Shown here: one piece after another, positions 56,092-64,000 of the stretch | Numbering within the stretch: the first letter of the stretch is position 1 | How the letters are laid out: each line of letters starts with the position of its first letter | Source of the DNA: Patescibacteria group bacterium | GTDB lineage: Bacteria; Patescibacteriota; Microgenomatia; UBA1400; PJMF01 | Length of the DNA stretch: 64,000 bases | Direction: 5' to 3' | Assembly: GCA_019454415.1 (NCBI GenBank) | Contig: JACFOI010000003.1 | Location: forward strand, 14,361 to 78,360 | Translations under genes and position numbers: made by a program | Notes under the pieces: generated by a model | Databases searched by the model: none | What the model was told of the DNA's origin: nothing | What the model saw: only the letters and a program-made list of their open reading frames with translations

Positions 56092-56967
56092 ATGAAAGCA
56101 GCGACCTCTGCTCGATCTACGTATCCGAAAATTAGTATCGTCACTCCATCCTATAACCAAGGACAGTTTTTGGAGCAAACAATTCGCTCTATTCTAGATC
56201 AAGGCTATCCGAATCTCGAGTACATTATTATTGATGGCGGCTCGACCGATGATTCCAAAAAAATTATCAAAAAGTATGCTCCCCAGCTGAAGTATTGGGT
56301 CAGTGAGAGAGATCAGGGACAGGCAGACGCCATTAATAAAGGCTTCTCACATGCAACCGGCGAGATCATGGGCTGGCTCAACAGCGATGATATTTTGATG
56401 CCGGGCTCACTGCACTTGATCGCAAAGATCTTTGGGGAGCTTCCTCAAGTTGACTGGATAAGTAGTACTACCCAGACTATTACACAGCATGGTCATGTGC
56501 ATCATCTCGGCCTCCGTCCCGTGTTCTTCCAGAAACTGATTGCTGCTGGTTGGTATCATGGACTGGGACTGGGCTTCTTAATGCAGGAAGGGACATTCTG
56601 GCGCCGCTCCCTTTGGGAAAAAATTGGCGCAAAGGTCAATCAACTTCATTACGGGATGGACTTTGAACTCTGGAAACGTTTTGCAGAGCACACTGCTCCA
56701 TTGGCTGTACACGTGCCCTTGGCCGCGTTTCGTCTAAACCCCCAGCGCAAGTCCAAAGCTATTCAGCAGTACTATCAGGAGATTGGGGTTCAACTGCCGC
56801 TCTTTTTCACCTATCTAAGTAAAGGTCTACGTCTGGGTCTACAGTTACCTCGCAAACTTAGACTCACGCAACAGCTTTACTATGACTTGGGAACTGAACG
56901 ATGGCAGTACACACCCGATATTTTCTCCCGACTGACCGGAAAAGATCAACCAAAGAGCTTTGAATAG
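56092..56967 (+). CDS. GT2-family glycosyltransferase
   Basis: ISIVTPSYNQGQFLEQTIRSILDQGYPNLEYIIIDGGSTDDS. Confidence 0.7.
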   Translation: MKAATSARSTYPKISIVTPSYNQGQFLEQTIRSILDQGYPNLEYIIIDGGSTDDSKKIIKKYAPQLKYWVSERDQGQADAINKGFSHATGEIMGWLNSDDILMPGSLHLIAKIFGELPQVDWISSTTQTITQHGHVHHLGLRPVFFQKLIAAGWYHGLGLGFLMQEGTFWRRSLWEKIGAKVNQLHYGMDFELWKRFAEHTAPLAVHVPLAAFRLNPQRKSKAIQQYYQEIGVQLPLFFTYLSKGLRLGLQLPRKLRLTQQLYYDLGTERWQYTPDIFSRLTGKDQPKSFE

Positions 56968-56971
56968 AACT

Positions 56972-57736
56972 TCATGCCTTGGTATTGCGCACTTGGGTAA
57001 AAAAGATTCTCAGTAAGAAAAGCGGCGTAATAACTAAATATCGCTGCCAGAGACGGCGGGGCTCATTGATCAAACGGAACAGCCACTCTAATCCGTTTCG
57101 TTGCATCCATCTGGGCGCCTGGTTGACAGTCCCAGCCAGGAACGGAATCGCTGCTCCAACGCACCAATAGGTAATCGGCATTTTTAATGTATCCCGCAGA
57201 TACGTTCCTAGTAGTACTTGATTCGGTGAACCAATTCCGATCCAGACAAACTTCGGGACAAAGCCTTTGATCAGCTTGCCGAGTCGTTTCCGTTCCTCGG
57301 GATCTGTGCTATCCCCAACTAAGATCAGTTGGGCTGTTTTTTGTTTAATTTTTTGGTGAAATTTTTTGGCAAGCTCTTCATAGACCGTTAGATTCGGGCA
57401 AAGGATAGTGTACTTTGCGTTGGGATAGCGATCTAAAGTAGCAGCCAGGATATCCGGACCATACACCCGTTCTACTTGTTGTTTGACCTTACCTCGGAAC
57501 CACCAGACCAGCGGCATTCCGTCTGTCGTCAAAAAATCTACCTTCTGGTAGGTACTGGCAATCGTGGGATCGTTATCGACTCTAGCTAAGTCGTAGAGGG
57601 TACACGGCAATACCACCTGCCCTCGGGGGGACTTATTATTCCATAGCTCATCCATGACCATATTGAAGGGACCAACAATGAAACACAGATTGACAGTTCC
57701 ACAGCTGAGACTAAGCCGAAGAGGTAGTGAGTTCAT
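56972..57736 (-). CDS. GT26 WecG/TagA/CpsF-family glycosyltransferase (N-acetylmannosaminyl/linkage-unit transferase type)
   Basis: FLTTDGMPLVWW, TYWCVGAAIPFLAG, WLFRLINEPRRLWQRY. Confidence 0.75.
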   Translation of the reverse strand: MNSLPLRLSLSCGTVNLCFIVGPFNMVMDELWNNKSPRGQVVLPCTLYDLARVDNDPTIASTYQKVDFLTTDGMPLVWWFRGKVKQQVERVYGPDILAATLDRYPNAKYTILCPNLTVYEELAKKFHQKIKQKTAQLILVGDSTDPEERKRLGKLIKGFVPKFVWIGIGSPNQVLLGTYLRDTLKMPITYWCVGAAIPFLAGTVNQAPRWMQRNGLEWLFRLINEPRRLWQRYLVITPLFLLRIFFTQVRNTKA

Positions 57737-58470
57737 GATAAACGTAGCTCTACATTGTTCTTAAAAGCCCGGCCTGCTACACACTCTGGATACTGCCATA
57801 TCCCATTCTGAAAAAGCAATGGCACTTGAGAGTTATATACAGTAACGGCTTCTATTTTATCTGGTGAAGACCATGAAAGCGACGTAGGTGAAGTTACCAC
57901 TTGCCAAAACTGAGGCCACCGCCAGTTACTCAGTTGAAGTGCATAAGGGATATCAACGTAATACAGCAAACGTTCTGTGGGAACATATTTTTCAAGGATA
58001 CGTCGAACTAAAAGATGATCTGCATGCTGTCCTACTCCGAGCGGACAAACAACTACCGCCTCTGTTTTGACTTCCTGCTGGAGCCTAAGCTCCAGTTGAG
58101 ACTGCCAGGAGGCTGAATCCTTAATCGTTCCGGCAAATAACTCTTGGTGAGTCTGATAAGTAGGAGTAGAGTCCTGTTCACGGAAGCCAGCGTCGACCAG
58201 ATTCAGCCACTTATAACTAGCCACTCCTAACTTTCCCATGCTTTCTCTATCTTCTTGTCCACGTACCTTTTCAAACTCTGTTACCGACTCTACATGGCCT
58301 TTTTTCATGAACTCAATAGAGTCCTTTGAGAGGTGCTCTGCTCCGAACCTCGTAAAAACGGTTATGACTTCTACTTTCATACCCTTTTTTGCCCAAGCCA
58401 GAATATGCTCCCCGCAGGATAAGCTGGCATCATCGAAGTGGGGTGAAAAGACTTGAATGTTTACACTCAT
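57733..58470 (-). CDS. PIG-L/LmbE-family N-acetylglucosaminyl deacetylase
   Basis: VFSPHFDDASLSCGEHI (HxDD motif). Confidence 0.7.
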   Translation of the reverse strand: MSVNIQVFSPHFDDASLSCGEHILAWAKKGMKVEVITVFTRFGAEHLSKDSIEFMKKGHVESVTEFEKVRGQEDRESMGKLGVASYKWLNLVDAGFREQDSTPTYQTHQELFAGTIKDSASWQSQLELRLQQEVKTEAVVVCPLGVGQHADHLLVRRILEKYVPTERLLYYVDIPYALQLSNWRWPQFWQVVTSPTSLSWSSPDKIEAVTVYNSQVPLLFQNGIWQYPECVAGRAFKNNVELRLS

Positions 58471-59567
58471 TTTTCTGCCTGATCAATAAGGTGATGTGTC
58501 ATGATGTAATCATAGAGGATCTGGGCAAAGAAACGGTTTGCAGCTGCAGAGGGATGCTCTTCTCTCTTGCTGACTGTGTAGTTAACTCGAAGCTCTTCAC
58601 CGCTATCCGGCTGATCCGCTAAGACATTTTTTCCTGTTTTTTTCAACTCATTCACGTACTCGGAAAGTGCCGAAGTCTGCCAAAAGAAGCTATCAAAAGC
58701 AATATAGACAGCACGCTGCGTGGGTAATTTAGACAAAACTGTCTGGAACATACAGTAGTTCTTGGTATTTGGGTTAGTAAACGTTTCATCTACACGTTGG
58801 TGAAGATCATACGCTTGCGCATCAACCGGGTTTTTATCGTTGTATGGAAAGTCATAGATGGCTCTGATTTGGTCACAGCCATGTTCTATTTGAGCGTACG
58901 CATCTGGGTCATACCGATCGGCATTATTGAAGAGCAAGTCATTGTCCACGATCCCAAAAATAAAAAGATCCACATCCGGATGCTGTTCTAAAATAATTTG
59001 ATACTTCAGATAATTATCAAATATATTATCGCCGGCCATACCATACGAAAGAATCTTAACTTTACTTTCCCCTCCGAGCATCTTTTCGAGTACATGGGTG
59101 AACCGGTCGTTTTCCCTGAGGCCTTGCCCCCACACATAGGAGTCACCGATAACTGCAATCGTAAAGCGATGCGGTGTCGAGGTACCGAGGACTGTCGGCT
59201 GTCTTCCTTCTTTTTTATCTTGAATAAATTGGTGAAGCTGAATCATCTCCGCCGCTCTTTTGCCAAAGGCCTCATACTTCCGACCAGGCGAAAAGTAACC
59301 ATGAGCAGCAGAACGCTGGTAAAAGAAAAGATCAAAGTAGTAACGCTCGGCAACCTGATAGCAAACAACCACTGAAAGAGCCATGGAAAGTACGACCAGT
59401 CCCACACGAAAAAGTGGAGTCTGCCAACGATGAGACTCTATAGTTTTTATTGAGCTTTCCTGAATCACAAAAGCATGTAAATAAATGCACTTACCGGAGA
59501 AGCAGTTGTAAAGGTGACCAGGATGCCGAAGATGACAATCACGATCACTGGTGGAATAAGCCACCAC
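58467..59567 (-). CDS. SGNH/GDSL-family hydrolase paralog
   Basis: GDSYVWGQG. Alignable with 41728-42690 over the full length. Start uncertain. Confidence 0.6.
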   Translation of the reverse strand: MVAYSTSDRDCHLRHPGHLYNCFSGKCIYLHAFVIQESSIKTIESHRWQTPLFRVGLVVLSMALSVVVCYQVAERYYFDLFFYQRSAAHGYFSPGRKYEAFGKRAAEMIQLHQFIQDKKEGRQPTVLGTSTPHRFTIAVIGDSYVWGQGLRENDRFTHVLEKMLGGESKVKILSYGMAGDNIFDNYLKYQIILEQHPDVDLFIFGIVDNDLLFNNADRYDPDAYAQIEHGCDQIRAIYDFPYNDKNPVDAQAYDLHQRVDETFTNPNTKNYCMFQTVLSKLPTQRAVYIAFDSFFWQTSALSEYVNELKKTGKNVLADQPDSGEELRVNYTVSKREEHPSAAANRFFAQILYDYIMTHHLIDQAEK

Positions 59568-59600
59568 TTTTTGTTCTTCATTAAAAATTGGAACAGCTCT

Positions 59601-61442
59601 TTATACATGCTTCCTCCGTGATCTAGTTGTCTTTACTTTTTTCGATAAAACTCTTTTTCTTTTTTTCCTGATGACAAATTGATCAAGTACTAAAACGTCA
59701 ATGTCAGTATGCAGAAAACAGTTGATCGCATCTCTTGGAGTACAGACAATCGGCTCTCCTCGAATATTAAATGATGTATTAATAATAACTGGTACACCAG
59801 TTTTTTTCCTATACTCATCGATCAAATCATAGTATAGCGGATTATCATCTCGATGGAGAGTCTGGAGACGACCAGTTCCGTCCACGTGCACCACCGCGGG
59901 GACGTCTCGTTCTCCAATCTTAGGTTTGAATGGATAAACCATCAGCATGTACCGAGCGGACTTTGGTAATTGTCGGTCAGACTTAAAGTAGGTTGAGGTG
60001 TACTTCTCTAAAATGACTGGAGCAAATGGCCGGAAGAGCTCTCGATGCTTAACTTTTTCATTAATGATATCGCGCATCTCTACTGTGGCAGCCGAAGCCA
60101 GAATGCTCCGAGAACCCAGCGCACGTGGTCCCCACTCCATTCTGCCTTGGAACCAGCCGATGATCTGCTGGTCGGCGACCATCTTGGCAATATCTTTGGC
60201 TAATGTGCGTTTACTCTTTACAAACTCATACTTTAAACCAGCCTCCTTGAGCGCGGTTTGAATCTCGTACCAGCTGAAGGAAGGTCCCAAGAAAGGGGTG
60301 AACTCTTCCGAAAATTTCTTATGCAGCTGAGCTGAGGCTTTTTCGTTTAGCCGGGGCAGACCGAGCTCCTCCGGATGAAAGCGAAGGTACAGAGCAGCTC
60401 CCATGGCGCCGCCAGCATCACCTGGATCCGGCGGGATAAAAAGCTTTTTGTATGGAGTTGAGCGCAACAGTTTGCCGTTCATGACCGAGTTCAGCGCGAC
60501 ACCACCGGCTAGACAGAGGTGTGGAGTGCGGTGGTGTTTGTACTCAGCATTCAGGATATGGAAAACAATCTCTTCAAGTTTGGCCTGAAGGGATGCCGCA
60601 ATGTTCTCGTAGTGTCGCTCCATCGGACTTTCCGGTTTGCGAGTGGGGTAGCCCAACAACTTCTCAAGCTTCTCTGAGTACATGTGATCCGACCAGTCGA
60701 AGTCAAAGTATTCCATGTTGAGCGAAAAGCTTCCGTCAGGATGCAAGGTTATGAGCTGATCAAGCTTGTCCTTAAAAGGCTCAGGGTCACCATAGGCGGC
60801 AAGTCCCATCACTTTATACTCTGCGTCGTTCACCGAAAAACCCAGATACGCAGTCATCGTGCTGTACAACAGCCCGAGTGAGTGAGGAAACTTTATCTCC
60901 CGATCAATCGTCAGTTTTTTTCCTTTTCCATAGCCGACCGTGGTCGTTGCCCACTCTCCTACTCCATCTAAAGTCATAACTGTTGCTTCAGGGAAGCCGG
61001 ACAGATAGTAGGCGCTTGCTGCATGGGCTAGGTGGTGTTCAAGATAAAAGACTTTTCCGTAGTAGTTCAGTTCATCTTTCAGAACTTCTGAGATCTTCAA
61101 TTTGATGTTTAGCCAAGAGCCAAAACTGTTTTGATACACCCCGTAACTTTTGGGGAAGTGCTGAAGATGTTGGTGGATCACCCGATCAAACTTAATGATC
61201 GGCTTCTCATAAAAAACGATTGCATCAAGCTCATTAGCTGCCAGCTTTCCTTCATTTAGGCAGTACAAGATTGCTTGCTTCGGAAAGTTGTTATCATGTT
61301 TTTTTCGAGTAAAACGCTCTTCAGCTGCAGCAGCCACGATGGTGTCATCGACTATTAAACACGCAGCCGCATCGTGATAGTAACAAGAGATTCCTAAAAT
61401 TTTCATACGTTCCCACTCGCTAGTACATTGCTTTAATGTCAA
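59601..61442 (-). CDS. NodU/CmcH-family carbamoyltransferase
   Basis: MKILGISCYYHDAAACLIVDD N-terminus (Kae1/HypF-like fold), 613 aa. Confidence 0.85.
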   Translation of the reverse strand: MTLKQCTSEWERMKILGISCYYHDAAACLIVDDTIVAAAAEERFTRKKHDNNFPKQAILYCLNEGKLAANELDAIVFYEKPIIKFDRVIHQHLQHFPKSYGVYQNSFGSWLNIKLKISEVLKDELNYYGKVFYLEHHLAHAASAYYLSGFPEATVMTLDGVGEWATTTVGYGKGKKLTIDREIKFPHSLGLLYSTMTAYLGFSVNDAEYKVMGLAAYGDPEPFKDKLDQLITLHPDGSFSLNMEYFDFDWSDHMYSEKLEKLLGYPTRKPESPMERHYENIAASLQAKLEEIVFHILNAEYKHHRTPHLCLAGGVALNSVMNGKLLRSTPYKKLFIPPDPGDAGGAMGAALYLRFHPEELGLPRLNEKASAQLHKKFSEEFTPFLGPSFSWYEIQTALKEAGLKYEFVKSKRTLAKDIAKMVADQQIIGWFQGRMEWGPRALGSRSILASAATVEMRDIINEKVKHRELFRPFAPVILEKYTSTYFKSDRQLPKSARYMLMVYPFKPKIGERDVPAVVHVDGTGRLQTLHRDDNPLYYDLIDEYRKKTGVPVIINTSFNIRGEPIVCTPRDAINCFLHTDIDVLVLDQFVIRKKRKRVLSKKVKTTRSRRKHV

Positions 61443-61647
61443 TAGGTCGGCCGTGTTTTTCCCAAGTTGAAGTCACTCCCTTCTTTTCAAGAAACTCTAC
61501 GCCCATTAACTTTGCAAAGATGGAAGTCAGTCCGAACCCCAACAGATAGATAGCTTGGAGAAAGATCCAGGTAAAGACTCGCTGTTGGAGAAGACGTATT
61601 TTTTGAAAAAAGGAAATGATTTGATTCCACATATGATTTTTTATCCC

Positions 61648-62757
61648 TTAATATGCCCTATTTTGCCACATTTTGTGGGCGTCTTCCCATCTCCTCGTAG
61701 CCTTGGCGCGAACGTCTGGTGGTATAAACTGCGTTGAGAGCTTTGCAGGAACTCGCCAGCTATTCGCCCAGATGAAACCATAACTGAAAACCGGGTCCGT
61801 TTTACGTAACCTTACCTCCTGGAATCGTATCTCGCCAGCCTGAATTTGTTTACTGAGCTCTTCGTTATCAAAGAAAATTGGCTGCTTCTTTCCTTGGAAA
61901 GCATTCCTAACCATCTTTCTGGGTGCGGGAAAAATTCCCCACTCTCGTTCAACAAATAGGTGCTCCTGGAGTCCAGAGACGAACAGGACTCCGTTATTTT
62001 TGAGGAGCTCTGGGCTGGAGGCCTGCTGCAACACCGGAACCGGGGCCTGCAAACTTTGCAAGGTATCGATCAGCGTTATGACGTCTAAGCTGTGCGGTCG
62101 TACCAGACGCAAAAAATGCGCATCGGCACAGATACGGATGACGTTTTCCCCAGAATAGAATGCCTTGGACAGAAAAAGATTACTAAAGTTCGAGTCCAGC
62201 GAGATGATCTTTAACTTCGGATACGCCTGCTGCATCTCAGTAAAGTTGTTGACTATCCCGGAACCGACATCTAACCAGAGGATCTTTCGCTGACGCTGAG
62301 GTCGCACCAGCAAGGCTGCTAGCGGAAAGTGAATCGCCAATGCATCCTGCCACTCATCGCGGGTAAAGTAGTATTTCACCAGATGTTTTGGCAGGAAGAG
62401 TGATAGAAGCCTTGCGCACTGCACCTTGCCGATCTTTTGGAGAAAATCGGTTGAAAGGAATCGGGAGAGTAAAGGTTTACTCCGTTTTATCCATATCTGC
62501 TCGGGATGAAACTTTCTTCTCTGGGTCAAACCTAAAAGAACAGCCGCCGTGAAATCTTTCTGCCGGAGATAATCAAGAATTTGCCGATTTAACGGCTTAA
62601 AGAGATACAGGATCCCTTCAATAATAGGGAACTCATCACAGTTACAGACGAGCGAGCCGAAAACGATCTGCTGGCCGTGTTTTTTCCAGATTGCACCGAT
62701 TTTGAAATGTTCATAACAGAGTGGGCACTGAAGAAGCTTGACGTCACTAAGTAGCAT
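61648..62757 (-). CDS. SAM-dependent methyltransferase with N-terminal Trm112-like zinc-ribbon-type domain
   Basis: LLQCPLCYEH...CNCDEFPIIEGILYL then LDVGSGIVNN motif I. Confidence 0.55.
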   Translation of the reverse strand: MLLSDVKLLQCPLCYEHFKIGAIWKKHGQQIVFGSLVCNCDEFPIIEGILYLFKPLNRQILDYLRQKDFTAAVLLGLTQRRKFHPEQIWIKRSKPLLSRFLSTDFLQKIGKVQCARLLSLFLPKHLVKYYFTRDEWQDALAIHFPLAALLVRPQRQRKILWLDVGSGIVNNFTEMQQAYPKLKIISLDSNFSNLFLSKAFYSGENVIRICADAHFLRLVRPHSLDVITLIDTLQSLQAPVPVLQQASSPELLKNNGVLFVSGLQEHLFVEREWGIFPAPRKMVRNAFQGKKQPIFFDNEELSKQIQAGEIRFQEVRLRKTDPVFSYGFIWANSWRVPAKLSTQFIPPDVRAKATRRWEDAHKMWQNRAY

Positions 62758-63718
62758 GGTCGTTGTACCACTGCGCTGTTCTTTGCAGACCGTCCTCCAA
62801 AGTAATAACCGGCTGCCAACCAGTCTTGCGTGTCAGGCGTGAAGAATCAAGCCACGACCGTCGCTGTTCCGTAAGGGAACGATCCTGATAAGTAATGTTT
62901 AGTTTTTTCTTAGCAAGAGAAGCACACAGCTCTGCAAGCTTGTGTGTAGTAGTAGGAATGCCGGTACCTACGACAAAAACGCCGGTGCATCCATGTTCTG
63001 CTACTGCTACATTTGCGGCCACCACGTCATCGACATAGATATAGTCGCGTTCATGTGTGCCGTCTCCGTAGATAACAAGTGGCTGACCCTCACTGAGGAG
63101 ACTCATAAACCTTGCAACCACCCCCGCTTCACCGTCCAAAGACTGCCTGGGTCCGTAGACATTCGCATAGCGCAAGCTGGCTACCTTTACTCCGGATTGT
63201 TGACTGTACCAATTCCAATACAACTCAGCAGCATACTTCGCGGCTCCATAGGGTGAGACTACGGCGATCTCCGAACCTTGGTGGTACGGAGGATTCTCTA
63301 ACCCACCGAAAACAGCCGAAGAAGAAGAGAAAACTATCTGAGTAGGGTTATAGCGATCAGTATCCGAGAGTTTGAGACAAGCTTGGATGAGGCTGAGTGT
63401 GCCACCAATGTTACTTTGGGCATCTTCCAGTGGTCGCTTGAGGGCAGCTCTGAGTTGAGAATGTCCCGCCAAATGGTAAATAGTTTTAGGCTGATGAGTA
63501 GAGATAATTTTGATTAATTGATCATTTTTATTCAGATCCATTTCATAAAACTCAACACCCGAAGGAAGGTTCGCCTTCTGCCCACTACTTAAGTCATCAA
63601 TCACGATGACTTTCTTCCCTCGTTTGACCCAATACTCTGTGAGATGGGAGCCGATGAAACCGGCTCCACCGGTAACCAAAACAGAAGCTGTGATATGTTT
63701 CCCGCTCATTACTTCCAA
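62747..63718 (-). CDS. NAD-dependent sugar epimerase/dehydratase (GalE/SDR-extended family)
   Basis: VLVTGGAGFIGSHL Rossmann motif. YxxxK region. Confidence 0.8.
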   Translation of the reverse strand: MEVMSGKHITASVLVTGGAGFIGSHLTEYWVKRGKKVIVIDDLSSGQKANLPSGVEFYEMDLNKNDQLIKIISTHQPKTIYHLAGHSQLRAALKRPLEDAQSNIGGTLSLIQACLKLSDTDRYNPTQIVFSSSSAVFGGLENPPYHQGSEIAVVSPYGAAKYAAELYWNWYSQQSGVKVASLRYANVYGPRQSLDGEAGVVARFMSLLSEGQPLVIYGDGTHERDYIYVDDVVAANVAVAEHGCTGVFVVGTGIPTTTHKLAELCASLAKKKLNITYQDRSLTEQRRSWLDSSRLTRKTGWQPVITLEDGLQRTAQWYNDHAT

Positions 63719-64000
63719 GTCTTTCTGTAGGCGGCTACGACTTCCTTGCCACCGTCCAGTTTAACTTTCCCTTTCTCTAACCACACAAAGCGTTGATAGT
63801 GGGGCTCAATAAAACTCATCACGTGACTGACAGTGATGATGGTCTTATTCTGGTGAAAGAACTCCTCAATACGGTTAAAGCATTTCTTCTGAAAGTTGGC
63901 ATCACCTGTGGCGATCATTTCATCAAGCACCAGAATGTCCGGATCTGCGTGGACAGCCACGGAAAATCCGAGTCTGAGCTTCATTCCCTCTGAGTAAGTA
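63709..64000 (-). CDS. ABC transporter ATP-binding protein (Wzt/TagH-type polysaccharide exporter), 5'-truncated by window edge
   Basis: Walker B ILVLDE and H-loop VSH in the C-terminal 91 aa. The N-terminal part lies beyond 64000. Confidence 0.65.
   Translation of the reverse strand, partial: TYSEGMKLRLGFSVAVHADPDILVLDEMIATGDANFQKKCFNRIEEFFHQNKTIITVSHVMSFIEPHYQRFVWLEKGKVKLDGGKEVVAAYRKTWK

Noticed and set aside
61420-61632. 70-aa hydrophobic ORF overlapping the carbamoyltransferase start
   Set aside because: Possible small membrane protein, but no RBS and a 23-nt overlap with a strongly supported start. Not enough evidence to call it a feature.
1-64000. Alternative genetic code (for example UGA=Gly as in some CPR lineages)
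   Set aside because: LepA, RNR, both PBPs, MurJ and the carbamoyltransferase are full-length and colinear with homologs under the standard code, with TGA used as an apparent terminator (for example nrdR, PBP1).
1-64000. CRISPR arrays, tRNA/rRNA genes, transposases or integrases, prophage genes
   Set aside because: No direct-repeat/spacer periodicity, no cloverleaf-like conserved tRNA segments found in the few intergenic gaps, and no recombinase or transposase motifs in any ORF. The non-coding gaps are short, so RNA genes could have been missed only if they overlap CDSs.

Overview
This is a gene-dense, single-replicon bacterial window with about 48% GC, standard genetic code and almost no non-coding DNA. 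I saw no rRNA, tRNA, CRISPR array, transposase or integrase. The first third holds housekeeping and cell-wall genes: a partial tsaD, a PP2C phosphatase, an nrdR-nrdJ operon, two tandem class A PBP paralogs flanking a GH18-like gene, cmk, smpB, and rpsT immediately followed by lepA. Next comes a pilus/surface block: prepilin, murJ, pilN, pilO-like, and a Ser/Pro-rich FN3/Ig surface protein. From about 27.7 kb to the window end lies a roughly 36 kb glycan assembly island. It encodes an initiating phosphoglycosyltransferase, at least ten GT2/GT4/GT26 glycosyltransferases, four Wzy_C (O-antigen-ligase/PglL-like) membrane proteins of which two are fused to C-terminal TPR domains, two GT-C (PMT/ArnT-like) enzymes paired with a polyprenol-phosphate-sugar synthase, duplicated SGNH-hydrolase and anchored-protein cassettes, an LmbE deacetylase, a carbamoyltransferase, methyltransferases, an epimerase and a truncated ABC exporter ATPase. 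The most interesting hypothesis is that this island next to the pilus genes is a protein O-glycosylation and secondary cell-wall polymer system built around PglL-like Wzy_C-TPR oligosaccharyltransferases. Lysine-rich tails on PBPs and S20, many small membrane proteins and Gram-positive-type envelope genes suggest a reduced-genome, possibly CPR/Saccharibacteria-like lineage. This is inference only. Two genes, lepA and the prepilin, lack canonical start codons before conserved N-terminal motifs.
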